Source: an uncultured Nitrososphaerales archaeon (GTDB lineage Archaea > Thermoproteota > Nitrososphaeria > Nitrososphaerales > Nitrososphaeraceae). From it: a stretch of DNA of 64,000 bases. The stretch spans positions 95,679 through 159,678 of the forward strand of contig CAVQMO010000015.1 of the NCBI GenBank assembly GCA_963713605.1, read 5' to 3'. Positions 44,331 to 54,533 of this stretch are shown piece by piece. The position numbers and the translations under genes are program-made. Positions within the stretch are counted from its first letter, which is position 1; every line of letters begins with the position of its first letter. Below the pieces are notes generated by a model. The model saw only the letters and a program-made list of their open reading frames with translations. It was not told where the DNA came from and did not search any database.

Positions 44331-45188
44331 TTATTGACGTATAAACCCTTTCTTTTCCATGTAACTCTCTCGTGCCCACCGTTCTAGTTCCCTGTCAGAT
44401 AGTTCGTTCCTCGCTTTGAAGATAGATTCTGCATCTTTTCCTACGGGATTCCTTAACTCTGGGTTAGGTGAAATCGTCGCATTTAGGATTGTGTGAGCCA
44501 CTTTGGAAGGATGAGAAGAGTAAGCACTAATTGACTCAAATCCTTGAAAGACTCGTTGCACCATATTGGCATACGGAGATTTGTTTGGATCAAAGCCTTT
44601 GGCAGTCTTCATATTATCCATAAAGTTACTACCGATAAATCCTGGTTCAATTAATATGACATTTATACCAAAGTCAGCTATTTCTTGTCTTAGGGATTCT
44701 GTGAACCCTTCTATGGCAAACTTGCTCGCATGGTATGCGGTGGTAAATGGGAACAATCCTACTGTGCCACCAACAGAACTTATGTTTACTATTGTGCCAT
44801 TACCCTGTTTTCTCATTGTTGGTATTACTGCTTTAGTGGTTCTCATTACACCGAAAACATTTGTTTCAAACTGCTGCTTTATCTCCTCAAGGCTTGATTC
44901 TTCAAGAGAGCCAAATAGGTCATAGCCCGCATTGTTGACTAGAACGTCTATCCTATCATTTTCTTTTACAATATTTTCGATAGCATCATCTACCGACGAA
45001 TCACTGTTTACATCTAATTGAGTAACATTAAGGGAGATATTTTCCTTTAATGCAATTTCTCGTAGTCTATCACTCTTGTCTATATTTCGCATAGTTGCAT
45101 ATGTTATAAATTGATTTCTCGCTAACAGTAGAGATGTTTCATAACCTATTCCACTCGAACTGCCTGTCACGACAGCCACCTTTGTCAT
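44331..45188 (-). CDS. Short-chain dehydrogenase/reductase
   Basis: TGSSSGIG, NNAG, YHASK; likely start MTKVAVV. Confidence 0.92.
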   Translation of the reverse strand: MTKVAVVTGSSSGIGYETSLLLARNQFITYATMRNIDKSDRLREIALKENISLNVTQLDVNSDSSVDDAIENIVKENDRIDVLVNNAGYDLFGSLEESSLEEIKQQFETNVFGVMRTTKAVIPTMRKQGNGTIVNISSVGGTVGLFPFTTAYHASKFAIEGFTESLRQEIADFGINVILIEPGFIGSNFMDNMKTAKGFDPNKSPYANMVQRVFQGFESISAYSSHPSKVAHTILNATISPNPELRNPVGKDAESIFKARNELSDRELERWARESYMEKKGFIRQ

Positions 45189-45273
45189 GTTTATATTGTG
45201 ACATCGCATTATATGAGCATAGCGACAAGCAAATCGACTAAACAAAGATATAGTATCTTTATTAAATCAAACT

Positions 45274-46037
45274 ATGGCTAATGTAAATCAGGCAGAGTTT
45301 GAAGGTAAAGTCGCCATTGTCACTGGCGCCGCTAGCGGTATCGGACGTGCTACAGTGACCCTTCTCAACTCCCGTGGTGCTTCGGTTGTCGCCGAAGATA
45401 TCAAGCCAGAAGTCGATGAACTTACACGCGGCAACGAACGAATTGCACCAATTATTGGTGATGTGTCTAGCGAGGAGACAGCAAAACGCGCAGTCGCTCT
45501 GGCAATCGAGCGCTTTGGCAAGGTCGACATTCTAGTAAATAATGCCGCAACTATCATCTACAAACCCGTGGTCGATATGACGATAGAAGACTGGGACTCT
45601 ATCATGGCAGTCAATGTACGAGGATGGTTCCTCCACTCCCGGGAAGCGCTCCGTGCTATGATCCCTAACCATAGTGGGTCAATTGTAAATGTTGGTTCGT
45701 TACGCCTGCTTCTATACATTTCCGCAAATCGCAGCCTATGCGGCCTCCAAAGGGGCCATTGCACAGCTGACCAGAACTTTAGCAGTTGAGAATATCTCCC
45801 ATGGCATTCGTGTCAATGCGGTTGGATCCGGTGATGTCGTAACAGATCTCCTCAACAAGATTAATCCAGATGGACGCAAATTCCTGAGTGAACATGGCAA
45901 ACGCGCTCCTATTGGGCGTGCAGCCCAGCCAGAAGAAATTGCTGAAGTCATACGCTTTCCTCGCATCAGACAGGGCAAGCTTCATTGTTGGCTCTATTTT
46001 GATGGCTGATGGTGGCTATAGTGTAATAATCCAATAG
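45274..46037 (+). pseudogene. Short-chain dehydrogenase/reductase with two frameshifts (~45700, ~45958)
   Basis: TGAASGIG, NNAA, YAASK, PIGR, ADGG across three frames; visibly GC-richer than flanks. Confidence 0.85.
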
Positions 46038-46468
46038 CACGGGCCATATCTACTAGTATGGTATCTAGATATCATTTATAGAAACTGCATAGAAATGTGA
46101 TATATTCTTCGTATCCTTACCCTATGACAGAAGGGTATTCTGATAAGAGCTATATACACGGAGGTGCATTCGATCACAATCAATAAATAAAATATAACTA
46201 TGCGTGTAGCACGTATGCATGAATTTAGAAATCTGCTTGTGACTCATCCCGAATTTGCGGCATTCAACCACACGCCTTTCTTTCGGGTTAGAAAACATAT
46301 TTATCAATAGCATATAGTAGTATGTTCTTAAGTATGCTATATGGATAGACTAGCATATAGATAGATTAGAATTCCAATTACTATGCTATAGATAACCAAC
46401 AAAATCGCGCTATACACTCTCCCTCTGCTTCGCGTACTTTACCGATTATATCGCAAATTGGCCAGTCA

Positions 46469-46681
46469 TTGGTCATGCATAAACTCATTGAGCTTCAAAA
46501 GATTGTAGATGAAAAAATCGGAACGCTCAAAGAAGAAGTAGAAATCGGAACAAATGTGAAACTGAATATGTTATACATAGATGACCGGCGGGATGAAATA
46601 CAATTTCTCCAATGGAGTACAAGAATCATACAATCAATACTTGTTGATTGTACCTTGGATGACTATTCAAACACGAAGTGA
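46469..46681 (+). CDS. Hypothetical protein
   Basis: 70-aa helical ORF. Confidence 0.4.
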   Translation: MVMHKLIELQKIVDEKIGTLKEEVEIGTNVKLNMLYIDDRRDEIQFLQWSTRIIQSILVDCTLDDYSNTK

Positions 46682-46706
46682 TTTTTAAAGTGGCAACTTC
46701 TTTAGT

Positions 46707-47117
46707 ATGAAGTGCTGCTATTCTTTACAAGGAAGAGAAGACATGTGGAACAGTGGATCAAGCTATGAATCCTATATAGGCAGGTGGAGTAGGCTTGTTG
46801 CACACCAGTTTGTACCCTGGCTTAATATTTCAGCTGGCTCCCATTGGTTGGACGTTGGATGTGGAACGGGAAACCTGAGCCAAACGATCCTTGATATGGC
46901 AGATCCGCACACGGTGCTTGGAATTGACTCTTCAGAAGAATATATTGAATTTGCTCGCAAGCAGATCAATGACCCTCGTGTAACATTTCGCCTTGGAGAT
47001 GCGCAAGTACTTCCATTTGAGTCTGCTTCATTTGATGCAGCTGTCTCCGGACTAGCGCTCAATTTTGTTCCTCAACCAAATCCAGCGCTAAGGGAGATGA
47101 TAAGAGTGTACGTGTAG
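46707..47117 (+). pseudogene. Class I SAM-dependent methyltransferase, 3' truncated
   Basis: YESYIGRWSR, LDVGCGTG, GDAQVLPF, REMIRV then ends. Confidence 0.8.
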
Positions 47118-47388
47118 GTGGAACTACATAAAATACATTACAAAATAACAGGTGGATTCAGTATGTAACAGTGAATGTTAAGACGATAACAGCTGATAAC
47201 AGACAGTAAAAGCTATCTAGTGCTAATTGCCAATAAAATATATTGCAAGCGGTATTAAACAAACCAGAGAAAGAGAAGTCAGTGATTAGACTTCATCAAG
47301 AGGGCACGACACCCACAGCAGATGCCCTCATCTTCACTTTCAGGTTTTTGTTGCTACCGGAATGAATACGTGGAAAACTTGCAAGTAA

Positions 47389-47802
47389 TTATTCTCTTAC
47401 GATTTCATCTATTAGATTAGTTAAGCTATCTGTCTCGATTGGTTTTAGTATGTATTTTGATATGTAATTACCACTTTCTAATTCTTTTACCAGTACACCA
47501 TCTATATTGAATGCTGAGATGAGAATTATTTTGGTTTCGCCGCATTTTTTTATCTTGCGAGCAACAGAATCACCCATTATGTCACACAATCTATAATCTA
47601 ATAGTATAAGATGTATCTTATTACCCCGGTTTATTTCTTCGATGTACCTCGCAATACACTCTTCACCAGATTCTACCATTATTATGTTATATTTCGACTT
47701 GAGCATTAGCTCAAATGATAAAAGCACATCTGGTTCATCTTCACAAATCATTACTGTTTTCTTTTCTGTTACAAATTTATTATTATTCTGAATATTATCC
47801 AT
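47389..47802 (-). CDS. Standalone response-regulator receiver protein
   Basis: ICEDEPD, LLDYRL, ISAF, LKP. Confidence 0.9.
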   Translation of the reverse strand: MDNIQNNNKFVTEKKTVMICEDEPDVLLSFELMLKSKYNIIMVESGEECIARYIEEINRGNKIHLILLDYRLCDIMGDSVARKIKKCGETKIILISAFNIDGVLVKELESGNYISKYILKPIETDSLTNLIDEIVRE

Positions 47803-47831
47803 CTCGTTTACTCACCCCGGCTTTTCCGTGT

Positions 47832-49184
47832 TCAACTTACAGCTGCTGGTTGGATTGCTTGTGTGTGCTGTGTTGCTGTCTGCGTCTGTGCCGGTGGCGC
47901 TACTATATTGCTATTTGCTACCGTTTCGCAAATCAGCTTCGTATTTCCAACTTGCATACAACCAGAAACAAAGCCATCATAGTATGCTTTGTCTGCAGAC
48001 GTATAAAGTCCACATGCTTGATATCTTACTGGATTAAACTTTTGTTGTATTCCATCTGCACTGCCATTAAGCTTACAGTTTGATACATCGGCTGCATTGG
48101 TATTTGCATTTGCATTTGCATTTGCAGTTGCAGTTGCGCTCTGAATTACTGTTGTTTTGTGAATAACTCTGGTCTTATCATTGTCATCATCTTTCTTCTC
48201 ACAAGTCATATAGAATGGCACATCAACATCACATTTTTGTTTCTGTTCACAGTTATCACCCCCATTTGCCATTACTGTCATGACATAGCCCTGACTACAT
48301 GGTATATTATTTCGAATACATTCACCGCTTTCGTCATCTTCATGTCCATGATAGCCATCCGGACATTCTGAGTGCTCGGGGAAACATCTGCCATCTTCAT
48401 TCATACCATATCCATCCTGACATTTGCCATCTATTGTTGCACATTTTGGTAGTTCCGTATTAAATAGACAATCATTATCTGGTGGTTCTCTTGATACTGG
48501 TTCTGGTAGTTCACATTCATGTGCAGTACTTCCAGCTGGACAGACATCTTCATACGGTGTTATACAATCTTGAAAGCTTCCGTCACATGTCGGAAGTAGT
48601 TTATCTGTTGGGGGACAATCTTCATCTACCGATACAGTTGCTCCATCTGGACATGTAAGGGTCTCTGGTTCCGGACATGCTTCGTTAACTGATACAACAG
48701 ATCCATCTTGACATGTTTGGAGTGTTCTTGTGTTGCTGTCTGGTACTGATGGACATTCTGCTTGTGTTGCAGCAGATGACCCGTCTGAGCATGTAACAAA
48801 AGTTGATACTGGTTCTGGTGGACATTCTGCTTGTGTTGCAGCAGATGACCCGTCTGAGCATGTAACAAGCGCTTCACTCTGCTCACATAATTCTTCTGTC
48901 CCCACAAGTGATCCATCTTCACATTCAACTAGTCCATCATCATTGTCGTTATTATCATCATCATTCTCATTGTCATCATCATCTTCTATTTCTCCCGGTC
49001 TGCCAGCGTTTTCCCAATCTTCTTGTGCTTGTTCTTCTTGCTCTTCTGGGCTTCCCTCATAATCACCCTCTGTCCAACCATCATCTTCTGTTGTTGGCGA
49101 CGCGTATATTGATGGTTGATTTGATGTTATCATTATTATTAATGCCAGTGCCAAGCTAACCGTCGTAAGTTTAATTATACTCAT
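47832..49184 (-). CDS. Secreted acidic Cys-rich repeat protein
   Basis: Signal peptide, acidic N-terminus, five C-x-D-G repeats, CPDGYH..EDDESGEC domain. Confidence 0.85.
   Translation of the reverse strand: MSIIKLTTVSLALALIIMITSNQPSIYASPTTEDDGWTEGDYEGSPEEQEEQAQEDWENAGRPGEIEDDDDNENDDDNNDNDDGLVECEDGSLVGTEELCEQSEALVTCSDGSSAATQAECPPEPVSTFVTCSDGSSAATQAECPSVPDSNTRTLQTCQDGSVVSVNEACPEPETLTCPDGATVSVDEDCPPTDKLLPTCDGSFQDCITPYEDVCPAGSTAHECELPEPVSREPPDNDCLFNTELPKCATIDGKCQDGYGMNEDGRCFPEHSECPDGYHGHEDDESGECIRNNIPCSQGYVMTVMANGGDNCEQKQKCDVDVPFYMTCEKKDDDNDKTRVIHKTTVIQSATATANANANANTNAADVSNCKLNGSADGIQQKFNPVRYQACGLYTSADKAYYDGFVSGCMQVGNTKLICETVANSNIVAPPAQTQTATQHTQAIQPAAVS
48750..48868. repeat. Intragenic duplication: 50 identical bp with 69-bp period (VTCSDGSSAATQAECP twice)
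   Basis: 48750-48799 equals 48819-48868. Confidence 0.9.
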
Positions 49185-49452
49185 TTCTTGTCCGCTACCA
49201 ACTGTTTAGAAGTGTATTCGTAATCATTGACATTAATATCCACTAATACCCATTACGGGGGTTACTTAATAAAATAGAATGATTACATTGAATACATTTG
49301 ATGCAGCTGCTCGTTACTTGCCCAATAAAAAAGATAGAGTCATAACTTTGACTTCACTTTTGCGAATATTTAACTGTGTTAAAATGGTTGCCTCCATTCC
49401 ACATTAGAACGCTATTAGAACGAAATAGCTGATCATCTAGTAAGTCTGTAAC

Positions 49453-49698
49453 TTAACGATCTGAATCAAACTTTTGAAGATAATTTTTACCATCTGGTGT
49501 TATAACTAGCTCGTTGAAATTATTTGTAACTATATAATGTATTTGCTTCAAAGCATCAATCCAAGTTTCTACTAGTACCGTATCTCCATCAAATCTTTCC
49601 GCGATCTGTTCTTCATTCTTCCCCTCAGAGAGAGATCTAAGTACGTAACCTAATGTTTGGCTCTCAGTTAGGCCGCGAATGTACGAGTTTTTACGCAT
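49453..49698 (-). CDS. Small winged-helix-like protein
   Basis: EEQIAERFDGD..LV..WIDALK...ITPDGKNYL. Confidence 0.6.
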   Translation of the reverse strand: MRKNSYIRGLTESQTLGYVLRSLSEGKNEEQIAERFDGDTVLVETWIDALKQIHYIVTNNFNELVITPDGKNYLQKFDSDR

Positions 49699-49981
49699 TT
49701 AGTTCATCACCCCTAGTTGCTTTATCGTTTACGACTACTAGATAACAAAGTAAATAATGGTTAACTGATTTTCTACCAAAAATTCATATTAAGACTATCC
49801 TATTAAAAATTATACCATTGTGTCATATTTTATATCAATTACTTCAATATTTTAATCAAGTCATCCGAAATCCAATCAAAATCCGCTAATTACTTCAAAA
49901 TATTGTTCAGAAACTATTATATATGTTACTACCAAAGTACGTATTAAGTAATACTAGCTTGGATGATAAGACAGAGCAAAT

Positions 49982-50206
49982 TCAAGTTATTGTCAACAAC
50001 AGAAAGTACATAAAGGGTTTATTGTTATGGAAACGCGATAATTTGTTTAACGAATTTCGGATGATATCTCTGTAATTAACACTTGGGTTAATTTCAGTCT
50101 GCATTGCATCAAAATAGTCGCTAATTATCATATCATTGGTTTTTGTTTTTATTGGAGTGCATATTGTTGGTGTTTCTGCATTTATGAATACAGGGATCAT
50201 TAACAT
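49982..50206 (-). pseudogene. Possible N-terminal remnant of a tyrosine integrase
   Basis: ISDYFDAMQTEINPSVNYR..I...L.KLSRFHNNKPF resembles recalled N-termini of Nitrososphaera integrases; starts 38 bp inside attR. Confidence 0.55.
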
Positions 50207-50243
50207 AATGTATTAATAAAACGTTGCATCGCTGCGCATTATA

Positions 50244-50547
50244 TTTGGTAAATGCAATGCATATTACAGCTAGTGTTTTTATAAATGATAACGAAAGTGG
50301 ACTGCATCAGGATTTTGATAAATGGCTAGAAAGGTTGGCACCTCACGCTCCTACGGATCAGTATAAACATAATGAAACAGGAGAAGATAATGCAGATGCG
50401 CATCTAAAACGACAAATAATGGGTCGCGAGGTTGTAGTTGCCATCACAAATGGAAAATTAGATTTTGGTCCATGGGAGCAAATATTCTACGGAGAATTTG
50501 ACGGCCGGAGAAACAAGAGAGTATTAGTAAAGGTAATTGGTGAATAG
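50244..50547 (+). pseudogene. yjbQ: attR core (50244-50254) plus 3' half of host yjbQ
   Basis: [17 protein letters not shown]...VKVIGE; homology to 9456-9875 begins at the core. Confidence 0.92.
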
Positions 50548-50927
50548 AAGACCTTATTGAACTTGATTTTATTACTAAATATTTTCTGAATTAGTTAGTG
50601 CTATTATATCTTCCGAAGGTAGATTCTCGTCTAATAAATGATTTACTTATTTGTGAGCTAAATAAAAAATAAAAAATCAGATGAAATATCAACATTGCCT
50701 CCTTTCTACATAGTTGAAATAAGGACCGTAGTGGGAACAGATCAAGAAAAGATGAAAAATATGATATTTGAAAAAAATGTTTTCTTCCATCGATCACTGA
50801 AAATGGTACTCATTTTGTGTAACTAATATGAGATTAAGCTTGGAATTGTTTAAGGAAATGTGTGAATCTCATGTTGTAATGAGCTGATATTAACGCAGAA
50901 AATATTTCGTTTTGCAGAGTTAATGAA

Positions 50928-51248
50928 TTAACCATACTTCTTCTTCCTCTTCTTTTCCTTATTTTCTACATATTCTTTCAACGAATTTAATTTATAGTCA
51001 TACATTTCTTCAAGGAATTTAACTACTTCTAACGACTTGCTTCTATTCAATGAATAAAATCTATTTTTCCCCCGTTTTTCTTCTGTGACTAGATCTGCTT
51101 CCTTTAATACACGGAGATGCGATGAAACCGCAGGCAATGTAAAATTAAAGTGTTCAGCTATTTCAGTGGGTATCATATCATTCCTCTTGAGTAGCAGAAG
51201 GATTTCTCTTCTATTATCATCTGATAATGCTTTCCAAGGTGAGCCCAT
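50928..51248 (-). CDS. ArsR/SmtB (SdpR-like) transcriptional regulator
   Basis: WKALSDDNRREIL, EIAEHF...PAVSSHLRVLKEADLV, YSLN; likely start MGSPW. Confidence 0.9.
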   Translation of the reverse strand: MGSPWKALSDDNRREILLLLKRNDMIPTEIAEHFNFTLPAVSSHLRVLKEADLVTEEKRGKNRFYSLNRSKSLEVVKFLEEMYDYKLNSLKEYVENKEKKRKKKYG

Positions 51249-51274
51249 TATACCTGATTTAATAGTAAATACAT

Positions 51275-51300
51275 TATTTAAACGTTTAAACATTTAAATA
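51275..51300. promoter_or_regulatory. Palindromic candidate ArsR operator over the TATA region
   Basis: TATTTAAA-N10-TTTAAATA, containing the perfect palindrome TTTAAACGTTTAAA (51277-51290). Confidence 0.5.
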
Positions 51301-51531
51301 TGATACAGTGATAGGAATTCTAATGGAAACAGATGTAGAAAAACAGCAAGAAGGACTCTAATTTTATACAAAAACCATTACATACTGGCAATTTATCGTA
51401 ACTAAGATACAGATTATGTTCGGCGGATAACACCATCAAAATAAATCATACTGCATAAAAGGATTCCTCGCATTCTATACGACTTTTTATTTTCTTCTTG
51501 ATGTCTCCAAATTCACTAATCACTTACATAA

Positions 51532-53349
51532 TTATTCAAACTCACGCTGGTGTTCTGGTTTGACATGTACTTCAAGCAAATCTGCTAATGGTCCTTTGAT
51601 TTCTTTAACATTCTGCTTAAACAATACCATTTCTCTGCCCTCCTTCCTACAATAGATGTTTACGACCCATTTTTCTTCATCTATCTTTGGAAAATCAGAC
51701 CGGTAATGAGCCCCTCTACTCTCTTGTCGCATCAAAGCACTTCTTAATATTGCCTCGCAAACGACTAGCGATGACTTTACATGCCAAGTTAAAACAACAT
51801 TTTCACCGTCATCATCAATTTTGAATTCTTTCAGAATATTATCTTTGGAATAAAACTCCTTTTTTAGTTTCAAAATTCTTTTCAATCCATTTTTTAGCTT
51901 TGATTCCTCTCTTATTATTCCTGCATTATGATTCATTAATTCTTGTATTTCATCACGAAACTTAACTGGTTCCTTAACTACAAAGATTACATCTTCAAAT
52001 TCTTTTTGCCTATTAACAGTCAATCGTAGCGGTGATGGTACTCCAGTTTTCCTTTTTTCTTGTACTTCCTTTATTAATTTAGCTGCTTCACCGCCAACAA
52101 TTTTCCCGAAAACTACTGTATCCAGTAGGCTATTTCCACCTAAACGGTTAGCACCATGAATCTGACTTATTACTTCCCCAACAGCAAATAGACCTCCAAT
52201 TTTAGTTCTACACTTTTCATCTACCACCACTCCGCCCATGGAATAATGTGCAGTCGGCCCAACCTCCATTTTCTCTTTGGAAATGTCGATTCCATTAATC
52301 CTTTTAAACTGTTCAAACATGGTAGGCAGTCTATCTAAGATTCTTTTCTTTGGTAGATGGGTTACGTCTAGCCAAACTCCTCCATGTTCAGTGCCTCTGC
52401 CATTGACTATTTCATTATAGTTTGCACGTGCCACTATGTCTCGTGGACCTAGCTCCATCCTTTCAGGATAGTAATTTTTCATAAACCTCTCGCCTCTTGA
52501 ATTTAGTAATATGCCTCCTTCTCCACGTATCGCTTCAGTCGCTAGAGTGCCCAATGCTTTCTCTGGCCAGACCATCCCGGTAGGATGAAACTGGACCATC
52601 TCCATATCTACCAGGTCTGCGCCTGCTTCATATGCTAGAGCCACGCCTTCCCCATAGTTCTCAAAAATTCTAGAACTACTGACCGAATAGACTCGCGTAT
52701 ATCCACCAGCAGCAAGTATCAGAGCCTTGCATTCTAATATCGTAATTTCTCTTTTTTCGATATTTATGCCAAGTGCACCTTTGACTTCATCTCGTTTTGT
52801 TTCTACTTCTGAAGAACTATCTCCAGTTACATCTTCGGATTTTAATAATCTTGTGATGTAAATATTGTCTATAATCTCAATTTTCCGCTGACTAACTTGG
52901 TCCATTAAAACACGAATTATTTCTTTACCAGTCCAATCCTCGTAAAATACAGTCCTTCTATAAGTATGAGCGCCAAAGAAGCGCTGTGTTAATTTGCCAT
53001 CTACTTCTCTATGGAATCGAGCACCCCAACTTACTAATTCATTCACAGCATCGGGTGCATTCTTACAGAGTGCCTCGACTCTTTCGTAGTCTGCAAGAAA
53101 CTCTCCTTCTTTTAGAGTATCAGCTCCGTGTACCATCCAGTTATCTTCTGGATCCATAGTACCAAGAGCCGCATTGATACCTCCTCTCGCAAGTACTGTG
53201 TGAGGATCGCCTTTTTTACTTTTACTAATTATGAGAACGTAAGCACCAGCATCATGAGCTTCAATGGCAGCTCGAAGACCTGCAGAGCCACCACCTATAA
53301 TTAGAATATCACAGGAGCGGTTAGATCTTTTTCTCAAATTTCCAGCCAT
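51532..53349 (-). CDS. Succinate dehydrogenase/fumarate reductase flavoprotein-like (SdhA/NadB family), standalone
   Basis: GGGSAG, HTVLARGG, QFHPT, EAIRGEG, HYSMGG, HGANRLGGNSL, ESRGAHYR. Confidence 0.9.
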   Translation of the reverse strand: MAGNLRKRSNRSCDILIIGGGSAGLRAAIEAHDAGAYVLIISKSKKGDPHTVLARGGINAALGTMDPEDNWMVHGADTLKEGEFLADYERVEALCKNAPDAVNELVSWGARFHREVDGKLTQRFFGAHTYRRTVFYEDWTGKEIIRVLMDQVSQRKIEIIDNIYITRLLKSEDVTGDSSSEVETKRDEVKGALGINIEKREITILECKALILAAGGYTRVYSVSSSRIFENYGEGVALAYEAGADLVDMEMVQFHPTGMVWPEKALGTLATEAIRGEGGILLNSRGERFMKNYYPERMELGPRDIVARANYNEIVNGRGTEHGGVWLDVTHLPKKRILDRLPTMFEQFKRINGIDISKEKMEVGPTAHYSMGGVVVDEKCRTKIGGLFAVGEVISQIHGANRLGGNSLLDTVVFGKIVGGEAAKLIKEVQEKRKTGVPSPLRLTVNRQKEFEDVIFVVKEPVKFRDEIQELMNHNAGIIREESKLKNGLKRILKLKKEFYSKDNILKEFKIDDDGENVVLTWHVKSSLVVCEAILRSALMRQESRGAHYRSDFPKIDEEKWVVNIYCRKEGREMVLFKQNVKEIKGPLADLLEVHVKPEHQREFE

Positions 53350-53401
53350 TGGTGTATTTCAGGTAGGTAGTATTTAACAAATCAGGATAAGCACCTTACG
53401 C

Positions 53402-53467
53402 GTTGAAGCATCTCAACACAGCGACATTTTTGATGCCTTTAGTATGTCACTGCAGTTCTGGCATTAG
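53402..53467 (+). pseudogene. Very short C-terminal remnant of the terminase-like family
   Basis: VEASQHSDIFDAFSMSLQFWH*, aligns to TSHDDILDAFRLAL at 43330-43400. Confidence 0.45.
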
Positions 53468-53683
53468 TCTACTGTCGCCGCGGGTTGTAGACGCCAATTG
53501 TGGTGCTCTATTTTTGCTTCTTGATTGCTATTCTTGTCATTGTCGCTCTGGTTTATGAACTCTAAAGTTTGTGTAATCCATTATGCTGTTACAAAAAGAT
53601 GCAAATAGTCTTCTTATCGTGAAGTATAAGGCCAATTGTCATCCAAGTATCATTACATAATTTAATTCTGAATTCTCCTGCAA

Positions 53684-54533
53684 ATGCACTATCTTTATAA
53701 ACACGATTTAGATACGTCTTATATGAAAGAGTCTTTTCAAAAGGCAAATTCTTTAATCTTAATCTGCTTAGGCATTCTACTTTTCATGGCTTTTGCTACT
53801 CTAGAAAATGAGACATTGATCATTCCGAACTCATTAGGAGATTCGTTGCCAGTGAATAATACGAATATAGTTCTAGTTCATGGGTCTTGGAGCGATGGGT
53901 CTATTTGGAGCAAAGTAATTCCTATTTTGACTGATGCTGGACACGGAGTCTTAGCAGTACAGCTCCCTCTACATTCTCGGGGAGAAGATATCGCTACAGT
54001 AGAGCGTGCAATTGAGCGAATTGGTGGGCCTACCATCTTGTAGGCCACTCATATGGAGGAGAAGTAATAACAAATGCTGGTTACAATAACCCCAATGTCA
54101 TAGGTCTTGTTTACCTTACTGCCCGGCAATGATTTCTTCGAACAGCTTCCCAAAGAAACCTCGAAAACTTTCTTTGAGAATATTGCAGTTGATAGCGCAG
54201 GATTCTTATATTTTAACCCAGAAAAATTCCATCAGTCATTTGTTCAAGATATTGACCCAAGGGAAGCAGACATCATGGCTCGCTGTTCAAAAGCCGTTCA
54301 ATCAATTAATTAGTACTGAAATATCTGGTCCTGCAGCATGGAAACAACTTCCTACATGGTATCAAATATCTGAGAACGACCGTCTTATACCTCCTGATAT
54401 CCAGCGACGCTATGCAGATCGGATGAATGCAACCACTCTCTCACTTAACTCTAGCCATATGTCGCTTGTATCACAACCAGAAGCAATTGCTGAACAAATC
54501 ATAAATGCAACAAAAGAGAGTACCAATGGTTAG
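53684..54533 (+). pseudogene. Alpha/beta hydrolase (Abhydrolase_6-like) with several frameshifts
   Basis: LVHGSWSDGS, GHSYGG at ~54043, AAWK.LP.WY, DRLIPP, SSHMS. Confidence 0.85.

Larger units (their letters stand above)
9180..50254. mobile_element. ~41 kb integrative element / genomic island inserted in yjbQ
   Basis: 11-bp direct repeat at 9180-9190 and 50244-50254; removing the interval restores an in-frame 139-aa YjbQ; integrase-like fragment beside the right end; mosaic cargo. Confidence 0.85.

Noticed and set aside
50224..50243. Track ORF start MHRCALY as an independent short yjbQ
   Set aside because: These codons are element-end sequence fortuitously in frame; the product would lack the first ~40 residues.
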